DNA of 63,071 nucleotides, the filler included, from Vannella sp. (lineage: Eukaryota): the NCBI GenBank assembly GCA_023345925.1. It is 5 parts of 5 records of this genome, joined end to end, with 100 filler letters (N's around TTAATTAATTAA, not from the genome) between each part and the next. Parts side by side here need not be neighbours in the genome. Positions count along the whole stretch, not along the records: positions 20,899 to 37,043 come from JAJQQN010000494.1; 4 more parts are not named here. The stretch is one strand, 5' to 3'. The translations under genes were made by a program, and so were the position numbers. The notes below the pieces were generated by a model, which searched no databases, had not been told where the DNA came from, and saw nothing but the letters and a program-made list of their open reading frames with translations. This document shows, piece by piece, positions 22,471 through 34,287 of this stretch (positions are counted from its first letter, which is position 1; each line of letters starts with the position of its first letter).

Positions 22471-25400
22471 CTACTTATCCTTTTGGATTTCTTCAATCGC
22501 TGTAATTGCTTTGAAGAGAAGCTGCTGGTGTTCTGGAGCTGCAGTGAGTTGTAGTTCTTCTTGGAGGATCATGAGGCCTTCTTGCAATCGGTCAGAGCGA
22601 TAACGCTTGGGATCTGGTGTCGTCAAAGGCATTCCGCGTTTCCTGCTGACAAGGATCTGATTGATTGCTAATTGCTGCAACTTTAAACGCCGAAACTCTT
22701 CATCCTGAAGACAGAGTGAATCAGGGAGGTTATGAAAGGAGCTTGCACCAGATCTTACCAGCCTAACGGGAGATTTACACTCATGCTTCAAGTATTGAAG
22801 AACAGTTCCCAGGTGTCGTTCTGGAATGATGTCTTTGAAGTCGTAAATGCTGTACTTGGCAAAATGCTCAATTCCTCTCATTGTTGCATTACGGATCGAC
22901 CAGCCAGGATCAGATAGCAGCAATTCGTAGATTCCTTTCAATTTCGAAAAAATTGACCCATAAACCTGTGGATCATCAGCAGGGACCACTGCAGATCCTA
23001 TTGAACTTACTTTGTGCGAAGAAGGGACGTCGATATCTCCGAGAAAACTTACAAACTTGATGGTGGCACTCTTTGAGTGAGGGTTGACCTGAATGATCTG
23101 CAGAACTAGTTCTACCAGCTAACTTTTGTCAATTTAACTCTCAATTCACTAGAACACTTACTGATTCCATCTGAACTGGATCAAACGTCTTTCGGAGAGG
23201 GATAGCCAAAAGTATGAGTGCTGGGGCCTGAGAACTAGTAAATAGACGAGTTATGTGAAGATCAAATCAACTGACCAAATCTCTGTCGAAGTGCGCATCT
23301 GGAAAAGGGAGGAGAAGTAAAATAGCTTCAACCACCCTCATGCGCAGCTCTTTGGTGCAAGAAGTGTTGCTCTCAATTTCTAAAAGCTCATAGCAGCATC
23401 TGGCAATTTTGGCGAGCATCGGTACGTGTTGGGGATTCAAGAACTGGGGTGTAGCCTTCTCTTGGATGCGCTGGATGCAAAGCTGAATGATCTTAGGCGT
23501 CAAGGTGCTCTGAAGATGTGAGCCAGCAAATTTCCAAGGAACAACACTCAAAGTGAAGGCAATGTTATCTAGGTCTACCATCTGAGCTACTGGTATCAAA
23601 TCTCTAAATAATTGGGTCTAAATCCAAGGTAAGCCTTTTTGTCCACAAAGGATCCTTCAAACGAACCCGGTATGTTTCTGGAACCACAGATAATGTCACC
23701 TCTATGAAGGATCTGGCAAGTCCATTTTCCGCACTGAGATCGCAAGCAATCGGATCTTTTTGAAGCTGCTGAGTCTGTCGACGTACGTTTAGCGAAGAAA
23801 GGAAGGATTAGTTGGCTTACCAGTTGCTTTGTAACGTCTACAAGAATAAAATGTGCGGTAGTGCGTCTGACAAGATATTTCCATAAATCTGAGGCCATCA
23901 GATTGCATAAATAATGTGGGTGGAGTGCATAATTGAGAATCCAAGAAACCGAAGAGGCCAACGATCGCTGCTGGCTGCACCGGACCAAAAAGGAAGCTAA
24001 AGCTATGAAAGTTTTGGTGTAAAGAGGGGTTTTGCTGGCTTTGCACAGCTGGTTAGACGAGTATAGTACATCGGCAGAGAAGACAAGGAGCCCATTAAAG
24101 ATCCAGGGAATGCACTCTGAGTTGATCTTCTCAAGAAGTGAAGCCGACAATGTCACATTGGTAGAAAGTAGTGAATTGAGATATTGGAGATTCTCAAGGC
24201 CATCAAGCATTGCGGGGAACAAAGAGATGTCTTCTAAACGGGAGATGCGGAACAGTTGGAAGACTTCCCACCGAAAGTCGTCGGATACGTTAGGTGCAAC
24301 AAGGAGTACCTTGAAGATTGTCTCTAAAGCAGGGATAATGGCTGAAAAGGCCTCCACCGAAGAGGGTCCAAGATTGTGAGAGGAAGGTGAAGGTGGCAAT
24401 TGCTTGCGAATACCAACAGCAAGTTCAGCTAGGCGCGTCAAGTTTTGAATCCATTTGGCATACTTTTTGCAGATGGAGACGAGAACTACCAATGCAAATC
24501 GCACGAATTTCAACGAGCCAAGAAACGCTGTTTGATCGCTTGTAATCGGGCTATGATCCAATAATGTGACCTTCTAAAGGTGCCCGCCTCAGAAATTGCT
24601 TTGCACTCCTCGAATGTGGGCATACCTTATGACGAGGAGCCAAAACAACACATTCCTTGAATTTGTGTTTGATAATGAAGCTAAGGCTCTCAATGATTCG
24701 GTCAACATCAAGCTTTCCTTCCAAAGCATTAGAATACTTTGTTGTAATCTCGTTCACTCCTTTCCAAGCAACATCCATCAGGTGTTGCCAAGAAGCGCTT
24801 ATCTCGCAAATTGGGAGGAGCTTATTGCACACTGCCGAGACGATCAACCTCAATCCAGTGACAAAAACTGGATTATCCTACCGAAGAGCATTTCTTGACA
24901 CTCGCTATCAAAGTAATCAGAAATCACATCCAAAGTTACGGAAGAGACATATGACACAAAGGCTCGGAGAACTCCAATAGCATCCTCCAAAAGCCGATTC
25001 TGGGCCTCTTTGATAGGAGCCATATTCCCGTCATATTTACGACTCATGTGAATGCTCCATTCCTGTTCAGTGTGAGATGACCGAGTAAGAAAGTCCCAGG
25101 GGGGTTATCTCACAGCAGCACGGGAGAAAATAGTGAAAACACTCTCTAAAAGGTTGCCATGGACCTCATGAAAGTTCTGCAGAAGAGTCGGAGAGCTTGT
25201 TGTGCATGAACGAACCACAGCACCAAAGAACTCAACAGCCCCTCGTTCGCTCTTCGTCAAAGTCAGCATAAAGTTCAACGGGAAGGTCTCAGCTTACTTC
25301 AAAAAGGGAAAGAAGCAACGTGTGGTCTTGGGATGGGCTCCCTCCTAAGCTATCCTTGATCCGGAGGGAGCAATGCTCGATCAGGGTCCGAGCCTGTTCT

Positions 25401-25767
25401 GCGTAAGGATAATTGGACAACCCAAGCGTGCCATACCTTTCCGCTACATCCAGAGCTGTAAGTTGTGAGAGTATGGGGAGGAACCACTCCAATGATGCCT
25501 GAAGCGCAGCGAAGAGTAGCACCTTGAACTTGTTCTGAGTTGGGCTCTCTCAGGTAACGCTCGATCAATGCACACGTTTGTTGTACTAAAGCTGAGCTGC
25601 CTCTCAACTGGTCTTGCTGCTTCCCTAGTTCGGTAAGCAACTGAACCTTTCCCTCCAATCAGCTAAACAGCCACGCCACTCATCAACCCCACCTTCACAG
25701 CACCCTCAGGATTGCCAGCGAGCCCCCGAACAAGGTCAGACACGTCTCTTTGCAAGACCGCTGCCAT
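22471..25767 (-). CDS. FIRRM: FIRRM/FLIP (C1orf112, DUF4487-like) FIGNL1-interacting protein, multi-exon
   Basis: Segments HPHYLCNLMASDLWKYLVR and LLSDPGWSIRNATMRGIEHFAKY resemble conserved C1orf112 blocks (recognised from memory). Helical-repeat composition; many short introns. Confidence 0.6.
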
Positions 25768-25876
25768 CGAATGAAGAAAGAGGAAACCTGCCCCAACAAA
25801 TTGCCATTTCCAGGAAATTTTCGTTTTCTAGGAAAGTTTAAAAACTCTTCTTTTCTTCTCATTCGTTTGCTGGCTC

Positions 25877-26895
25877 ATGGCGGGTTCACCCTTCGTGGTG
25901 GACAAGTTTACCTCATTGCTTAGCTCTCGTTTGCTGGGAAGAACATGCAAACACTTCGCTCATATTGGCTCGACACAGAGTTATCTGCGAGAGTGAGTTC
26001 CACGAAGTGAGAGAAGGGCGAAGGCTGATCCTTGCGAAGGCAATTTGCGGATTCTCCAGATGGCTTTGTTGTGGTAGCTGATGAGCAGAACGCAGGATCA
26101 GGTGTGTTGCTTGTTCACTACCAGGTGATACTGACTCCTTTAGGGAGGGGACAGAACCTTTGGACGTCTCCGCAAGGCTGCTTGATGTTCTCCTTCGTGT
26201 CAACTGTTGAGGATGGCTCACTTCTTCCTTTCTTTCAGTACTTGGTGTCGCTAGCTCTCGTACAAACCGTACGAGAGTTCGACCCGAACTCCCTCTCCCT
26301 TTCCAAGGTGCCCGTGAACATCAAATGGCCGAACGACATCTACAGCAATCAGCATAAGCTAGCAGGGATACTTTGCAACAGCGAGTACCACAAAGGAGAG
26401 TTTAAAGTGATCACAGGTGTGGGACTGAATGTGTCTAACTCGCTTCCCTCCACATGCATCAACGACATCCTCAAAGAAGAGAAGTGGGCAGCCAACGGTC
26501 CCAGGCAGCATCGTTTCTGACACTTTCTCAGCGTTGGGATGGAGTTCTCCCGGGAGGAACTTTTGGCCCACTTCTGCAATCGCTTTGAGCCCATGTTAGA
26601 GAGCTTTTTGAAGGAAGGATTCGCTCCTTTCCATCAGAAGTATTACCAATACTGGCTCCACAGTAAGCAAAAGGTGACTATTCGGGAAGGCTCTTCGGAT
26701 ACTCCCGTTTGGATCATGGGCCTCACTCCTTCTGGGTATGCTCCTCTAAAGATGGTTACAGGCTTAAGATTCTTACATAACGCTAGTTATCTCAAGGCCC
26801 ATGACCGAGATGGGAACATCTTTGAGTTACACCCAGATGGGAACTCTTTTGATTTCTTTCAAGGATTGATCAAACACAAACTTCCCGTCTCCTAA
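25877..26895 (+). CDS. HLCS: Biotin-protein ligase (holocarboxylase synthetase)
   Basis: GSTQ, VVVADEQ, GRGQNLWTSPQGCLMFS, IKWPNDIY, KLAGIL, GVGLNV, ELHPDGNSFDFFQGLI. Confidence 0.92.
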
Positions 26896-26994
26896 TCACC
26901 TTTATTTGTACCATTCAACAATACAAACTCAGGACTCATAAGACGTGGCGCTTCAGCCTATATTGTATTCTAATACCACCACTGAATTCCTTTG

Positions 26995-29900
26995 TTAGCT
27001 CATCCTGACTAATGCAGATTCTGACTTACCATGGCCAATCACAAAACGACGGGAGTTTCTCCTCACTCTGATTTCAATGGCTAGCACTCCAAGAGCCACA
27101 ATAATACCAGCTAGAGCAACCAATCCCAAAGATATCCAAGGAAGAACGTAGTTTTGACTTTGCGAATAAAGGCAAGAATCTCCGCCTTTCAAGAGAAGAG
27201 CAAAGTTTGTCAGATGATTGGTTTGGCCACAAAGGAAGTCTTCCTTGTTTTTTGTCAAGCAGCTATCTTCACATTTCCACTTTCTTCCACCCTCTTCGTA
27301 GTAACTTAGGCACTGCTTTTTGTCTTTTGTTCGGTTGGACGGGGACAAGCAGATTGTCAATGGCGATTCCAATTGAGTGATTTGATTGCCCTCACTGTCG
27401 ACCAAGGTTATATTCACAATGGCACTGGCCAGAGGCTGCCCATTTGTTAGGTTGCTAAGCTCCGGAACATAAGAGATGGTAAGAGTGTTGTTAGAAACCA
27501 ACTCTGGAGGTATCACAAGCAATCCCACCAATTCACCATTTGGAGATTTTGGGAGCTCCACCACAACCACTTCCAACGCCAGATCCTTCACAACAACTAC
27601 AAACGGAATATCTGAGTATGCTAAAGAGGCAGAAGGATCACTCGAAGTGGGCAAGGGACTCCCTGAGTTCAGACCCATTAGAACGGATGGAGAAGAGTTT
27701 GCTGAAGCAGGCGCTGTCTGAGAATAGGATATTGAAGGCTCATCAGTTGGTCTTTGGCTCTCTGCCGTTAAGTTGCTTTCAGAGGGACTCTTCATCTCAA
27801 GAGGTTCACTCGAGCTGGCTCTTATGCTGAAAAGACGAGAAGACTCACTGAAACTCGATTCCAAAGTACTCGTTGAAGATGGGGAGTCAGAAGCGGCAGT
27901 TGTGATTTGACTTGAAGAACCAGCTGAAGAGGGAGAGAATCCAACAGTTCTAGTGACTATTTCAGATTTGGTAAAACTGGAAGTGGATGGAGAACCACTC
28001 AGGGTCGCTGGGAAACTGGAGATCTCTGGACTACTAGAAGATACTGAAACACTGGAAGCAACTGAACCATCGGGAGTTGCAGAACTGCTGATGGAAAGGC
28101 TTTGGTTGGCAGATCCACTTGGAGGCGTGAGAAATGATGAGGCCACATCAGTGCGTGTCTCAGTTGCACTAATTGTTGTTGAGGGTGTCACTTGGAGTGA
28201 TATTCCCTCTATTACACGGAGAGAAGGTGTTGGAGCAGATGTTACTGTGGCGCTCAAAGATGCACTGTTGCTGGGAGTGGTTGACAAGGTCGCAAAGAAT
28301 GAAAACTCTGTCTGAGAAGCCGTGAATGTTCCACTGGGCGAAGTACTGTGTGACTCAGTTGGCAAAAGACTGAGCGAAGTAGTTTGGGAAAGACTGAACG
28401 AAGAAGTTGCCGAAGGACTGGATGAAGCTGTTATCGAGGGACTGGATGAAGCTGTGATCGAGGTACTGAATGAAGCTGTTATCGAAGGACTGGGCGAATC
28501 TGTTATCGAAGGACTGAATGAAGCAGTTGCAGAGGCAGTATCAGTAGAGCAGTTTCTGATGGTATCAGTGCAGCTCATAAAAAAGTACTTGGGATCCGGA
28601 ATAGGGCAATCAAACACTTGGTTTCTGAGACTTATGAAAGGACAATTGGGGCCAGGATCAGGCAAAGCACCACAGAGCAAGTTGTTGTCAAGATTCACGC
28701 TAATCAGTTTGAACATATTTGCCCACTGTGGCAAGGTGCCAAATATTTGGTTGGAAGAGAGATCGCTACTCGTCTCAGTACAACAACGATATTGGTGAAT
28801 GTAGTGGTCAGCTTACAGGATTTCCAGTTGGATTAAGGACGTCCATGGTGGGAGAGTTCCTACAATGTTATTGGAGGAGAGAATCCTTTTGTGGGTGAGA
28901 ACCACTTGGATAAAAACAAATGTAATTGGCACTTACAAGTCTTCGAGGATCAGGTCCTGCCAATCAGGAAGGGTTCCTTCAATGCGATTATCGGATAGAT
29001 ACCTGCGCTAATCAGCTAAATGCGTAACAGAGAAGATTAACGCACGCAGAAAACGTTAACGTAAAGTTCCATAGAGGAAGGCTTCCGCTGATCAGGTTCT
29101 CAGACAGGGTTCTGTTCCTTCTAATCAGTAACCCATTCTGATACGAGATCTTCTCACAGTCTCTGGAGCAGCTGTAAATTACTCCAATCGGGAAGAGTGC
29201 CGTTGATACGATTAGCCTTTAAATTACTGCCTCGATTCATTCAGATGGTTCCCTTAAATGTTCCCTTCAATTCTCCTCTTACATTTGTTGAAGCTCCGCC
29301 ATATTTGACCACAAAGGAAGTGTCCCACTCAAGTTGTTCATTTGAATGTTACTTAAAGTCAATTCAGTGACGGAGTTCTCTGCAGATAGAGAAGAGGCTA
29401 CTTACATTTTTGTCAGAGATACCAGATTATACCACTCAGGTAGACTGCCAGATAGTTGATTTTGATTCAGATCTCTGCTCCTCTGCTTTAGAGTGTGTCT
29501 CTGAACATATAGAACAGACTACTGACATTTCTGTCAGAGATACCAGATTATACCACTCAGGTAGACTGCCAGATAGTTGATTTTGATTCAGATCTCTGCC
29601 TCTCTGCTTTAGAGTTTGTCTCTGAAACAAGCTCCTTACATGTCACTCAGATTACCAAAGGTACCCCAATCGGGGATAGAGCCAAAGATTTGGTTGTTAT
29701 GTAAATCCCTGATTATAATTATGTGAGTGTGCTAGCCTCATGCTTAATCAGAGTCACCCACAAACCAGTCAATAATGGCATGTGAGACCACTCAGGCAGA
29801 GTTCCGGTAATGTTGTTGTCGAAAACCTTCCTGCCCAGCAATGAGCTCCAGAATCCGTTCGACAACTTACAATTTTCGTAGTTGAGTCATACTCAGCCAG

Positions 29901-30385
29901 TCCGGAAGAGTTCCAACAATCTCGTTGTCTTCAATGATCCTTTGAAAGTTAAGCTTTCCCCTCGGGTTACGGGCGTGACTCACAGGGACTGAAGCTTCGT
30001 AAGATTAACCCAATCCGGAAGAGTGCCGCCAATGATATTGGGACCGAATCTCCTTGAGGCCTTGTGAGTGATCTGGGGAATGGGAAGAGGAGCTCCCTCA
30101 CAGCTCGGTCAGTTCGGGGAGGAGCAGATCGGGGAGGTAGCCAGTCATGTTGTTCGTTGGCATATAAAGTTCAATCACGTTTGATTCCGCAGAATCACAG
30201 AGAACTCCAATCCACCTAGGAGAGTCGCAGGGCTCGGTGGAGAGATTCCACTGGCGCGGATACCACGAGCTTCCTGATGTAGCTTCGTAAAGTGCGATCA
30301 AAGACTCCTTCTGATACAAGGGAATAGCACCCATAACAACCGAGTAGAATGCAAGCCCGAGGACAAACGAAGCCCACCGTGTCAT
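26995..30385 (-). CDS. Single-pass surface receptor: signal peptide, LRR N-cap, 12-13 LRRs, Ser/Thr mucin stalk, GPS motif, TM, short tail; 13 exons
   Basis: Exon 1 is 30102-30385 (MTRWASFVLGLAFYSVVMG...WIGVLC). Eleven single-LRR exons lie between 28817 and 30052. The last exon (26995-28765) carries the S/T stalk, CGQTNHLTNFALLL and a hydrophobic TM segment. Confidence 0.88.
28380..28530 (-). repeat. 24-nt coding tandem repeat in the mucin stalk (SPSITASS-like)
   Basis: Repeated GAAGGACTG..TGAAGCTGTTATC units on the + strand encode SPSITDSP/SPSITASF/STSITASS/SPSITASS. Confidence 0.8.
29404..29626. repeat. Recent tandem duplication of one LRR exon plus adjacent intron sequence
   Basis: Exons 29406-29474 and 29527-29595 are 68/69 identical, and the 3' part of each preceding intron (about 30 nt) is also near-identical. 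Confidence 0.92.
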
Positions 30386-31110
30386 GGCAGAACAAGACCC
30401 AAGCAAATGTTTGAAGAAAGGGAAATCGAAAGTCCCTAATTGGGATGACTTTTGCTTTTTTTCTTTTCTGTTAACATAAACCAATGATTCTTTTCTTTTC
30501 TAACTGTGAGTGGGCGTGTGAAGAATGAGTAAAACAGGCTTTGGCCAAAAGTTGCCTCAACGAATTCCCGTTTTGTAACATTCGGAGAAATCCGACAAAA
30601 ATGGCGAAGAGTTGGAGAGTAATGCGCAACCTGATTAATGGCAAGTGCAGCAGCCTGCATCACTCAGGACAACGAGTTCTGCCCACCCTCTTCGCTCATG
30701 GATTTTCGGGATACGGTCCGGAACTTCTGTCTTCTGCTCAGGAAAGGAGAGGTTGTCCTTCCTTTGAACTTATAATAATGGAAATCCTCCGAGAGAATTG
30801 TGGAAGTTCACCTTGAAAATCTCCCGCAGACCCACAATGACCAGCACCGCCCCCCTCCCATTGGTCGGACATCTTTAGAAGTGCAGAGCAGTGTCTCACA
30901 ACACCAACCAAGTGCGATCCATGTTGGCTCTATCAGTGAGTCGTTGTGGTGGTAAACTTCCTTGGGATAACCTCTCCAGTCATTGTAAAACCAACGTTCT
31001 TGAGCCTCTTGGCGCTGATGAATGTTGACCGTACAGCTGGGACACCTCTCACATCAAAAACACTCTCCTCCAATCCCCCCGCTAACGCATCATTCTTCCT
31101 GGGCCAGCAG

Positions 31111-34100
31111 ATGATGGAAGGGACCTTGAACAAGGAAGGAACGGACTTGTTTCGGCTGGGGCAGTTCGAAGAGGCCATCAGTCTCTTCAATCAAGCGATC
31201 CTGACTGACCCTACCAATGCTACGTTCTTAGTGAACCGATCAGCGGCGCTAGCGTCTGTTGGCAGGGCGCAGGAGGCTCTGTTGGATGCGGATAAGGCTT
31301 TGCGACTTGCTCCCCGGTATCCTCGCGCTCATCTGCGCAAGGGGAACGCGTTGATACTCCTTCAGCACTATGAAGAGGCCCTGCTCGTCATCACAGAGGG
31401 ACTTCAACTCGAACCCGCAAACGGCGAGCTACTCGCTGCTCGTAACCAGGCCTCTACCCACTTAGGGAAAGCTCCTCAACTACACCGTTCTGTTTCCGTT
31501 CCCATTCAAGTGCCTTACCCATCAAGCAACCTCCCGCTGGCTCCCTCTCCTCCGCAGCATTATTCTTCGATTGCTTCCTCCGAGACGGTCCCATCCTCGT
31601 CCCATGGGAAGTACACTGTACTAGCATCCTCTCCTCTTCAGTCTCCTCCTTTACCAGACCTGAGCGTATCTCCTCCACATGAGGGGATGGTAAAGTCGGG
31701 GTCTCGCTCCTTTATCAACCTATCCTGGCTCAGCGGTGGCCGTGCCAAGCTTGCAAAGGAGGCTCATAAGAGAGGGCTTGAGTTTCTTGCGCAAGGGAAG
31801 CCATCCTTAGCACTCACTGAGCTCACAACTGCGGTGGAATCTGCTGCCGCTCATCAATACTTGACAGACCGTGCCCATGCATTGCTGGAGCTATCTCTAC
31901 CCAACGAAGCCTTAGAAGATGCGGATAAGGCGTTGGCACTGGCCCCTGACTTGTGTATGGGTCACATCAGAAAGTGTCAGGCACAAATGCACTTGAATCA
32001 GCTCTCTGCGGCAAGGACATCTCTCGAAGCTGCAAAGAAGTACATTCAGATCAAATCAGACACCTCTGTAGTCGAAGAGACCGAGCAGGATCTCCTTCAG
32101 AGAGAGACGTATATGAGTTTCGTGTTTCTCACAGATACTGACGAGCCTCCTCCTACTTATACCTCTTTCCGAGAAGAGGACAGTGAAGAGGAAACCGAAA
32201 GCGTTGTCCCACGCCTGAAAGAGAAGAGAGCTGGAAGAATTTCCCAATTCGTCCATTCCTTGCGTTCTTCGGTTCTTGGAGAGGAGAAGAACGCGGTACT
32301 CTGCGTTGTCACTTCTACCGGGGCCAAGTGCGAGAGCGATCGGTTTATCCAGTTTGAACTCTCTTCGAACCGATTCTCTCGCCTTTTAAGGCGGTTTGTG
32401 AGGGATGAGACTTTGCTGCTCACAGAAGAAGGAGAAATGCTTCTGCACCGAAAGCCTCTATTTGATAGCAACTCACTTCGTGAGGGCACTTGTGAACTGG
32501 CTCTACTGATGCCTCAAGATGTTAGCCTCGAGAATTGGCTGATTGATGAGGACTTTCTCCTCTCGCATCTGGCCCTCATTCCCTCTGAGGGATCCCAACA
32601 CTATGAAAACAGTGATGCAACAGATTTGGATTCTTCCTACAAAGAAACCTTTCACTTCTTCACACTTAATCAGATCACTGGGATTGTGGATTTGAACCAA
32701 CAGACCTTCCAAGTGGAGAAGAACCCAAACAAGCAACCACACGACACCCTCTTAGCACAAGGAAACGATAACTTGGATGAATCTCAGATCCTGAGAGAAA
32801 CTTATGTGACTTTTGGGGATTTCCCGTACGTTATTCGGTTCTTTGTACTTTCCAACCCCATTTGGATCTCGCCTGAGAAACAAATCGCTCCCATTGCTGT
32901 ACCTTCGCCAAGTATAGAATCGAAGAAGGCTCTCTTGAGAGAGGGCTCAATCGTAAGTAAGCCGAGTGTTTCCATCGAAGAGAGATTCCGTCTTCGCTAT
33001 CACCACACACACTCCACTGCATTGCGCGGTAGTGTACACAAGTATGTGCAACGCAAGTGTTACTATTGTTTCTATTGGTTAAGAAGATGCCAGGTTCCTT
33101 AAAAAGGCCAACAAATCTCAAGAAAGTCCAGAAGCAATCGCTAATGACTTGAACAACTTTATGCAAAGCGTAGGGAGTAGTGATTCGACAATTCCATCTT
33201 ATTTATGCTACCTAGGTGGATGAGACATTGAAGACTCATTCGCAATGGAGCGGGTGCGACACAGAGGAATTGAAATTCACTCACAGCTCCATCCACAACA
33301 TGATTATGTCTTCTCTCTTCAGTTTGTGAGTTTCACTAACAACTTCTTTTCTTTGTACATTCATGCTAATATCACTCAGAGTATTCACGAACACTAAAAC
33401 GGAGATGGATGATCGCCTTCAAGACTCGATTAACCGACTTTGGTTTGTCCTTCCAGAGCAGCTAGGCCTTGACTCCGAGTCTATGGATGATAGCATCTAT
33501 TTCAGCGCTCAGCGGGGTACAGTACTTCTCAAGTGCGACTGGAACTGACAAGAAGTGTTTTTTCAGAACTTCAAGCGATGAATGCCTTCAAAGCGCCGCG
33601 AGAAAAGATCGAATGTCTCTTGAATTGCTGTCGAATCATCAATTGTGAGTTCTTTAAACTCGCCTTGTTCATTTGGATGACTTTCGGTGCAGTCCAAATC
33701 CATTCGGAAGGTGGATTGGCCAGTGCAGATGACTTTCTTCCTGCTTTGATTATTGTCATTTTGAATGCCAATCCTCACCGCCTATGGACCAATATTGAGT
33801 GAGAACACATCCTCGCACATCATGAATGAAGCTAACATGAATCCAGATACATCCGACTCTTCTGTGAGAGATCGGACGAGCTTTCAGAAGCTTTCTACTT
33901 CCTCACTATGCTTGAGTCTGCCATGGTCTTCTTATCTAATGTCAACGCATCTCATCTGAATATGGAAGAGTCTACTTTCCAACAATACTACTCTGGAGCT
34001 GCTCCCCGGCACAAGCCTCTTTCCAAAGGTCGGATGAACATTCTTCCTCCAAACTCCCTTCTGACCCCTCCTCAGCATCGTATAAGCTTCCCAAATCAAA

Positions 34101-34221
34101 GTCTTCCGTAGAGCCATCATTCCTAAACCGAACAGCAGACTCCCTCTCGCCTCAGGAGGTCGAACAACTCTTGGCCGAGTACAATCGCCTCACTTTGCTC
34201 ATAAACTCCACTGCGCGATAG
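31111..34221 (+). CDS. TPR-repeat + VPS9-domain protein (Rab5-family GEF), spliced
   Basis: Two TPR clusters. VPS9 motifs ELQAMNAFKAPREKIECLLNCC, SADDFLPALI, NPHRLWTNIE, LESAMVFL; C-terminal QEVEQLLAEYNRL. The start is uncertain (ATG 31018 or 31111). Confidence 0.8.
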
Positions 34222-34287
34222 CCCCCACCTCCATTGGGACGCTCAGTAGTATAAAGAGCACCATTTATACCATACTGGTGGACTCTG

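Noticed and set aside
29027..29039. ACAGAGAAGATTA matching the U6 snRNA core
   Set aside because: Only 13 nt match, the flanks do not continue the U6 sequence, and it is the antisense of an intron in the LRR gene.
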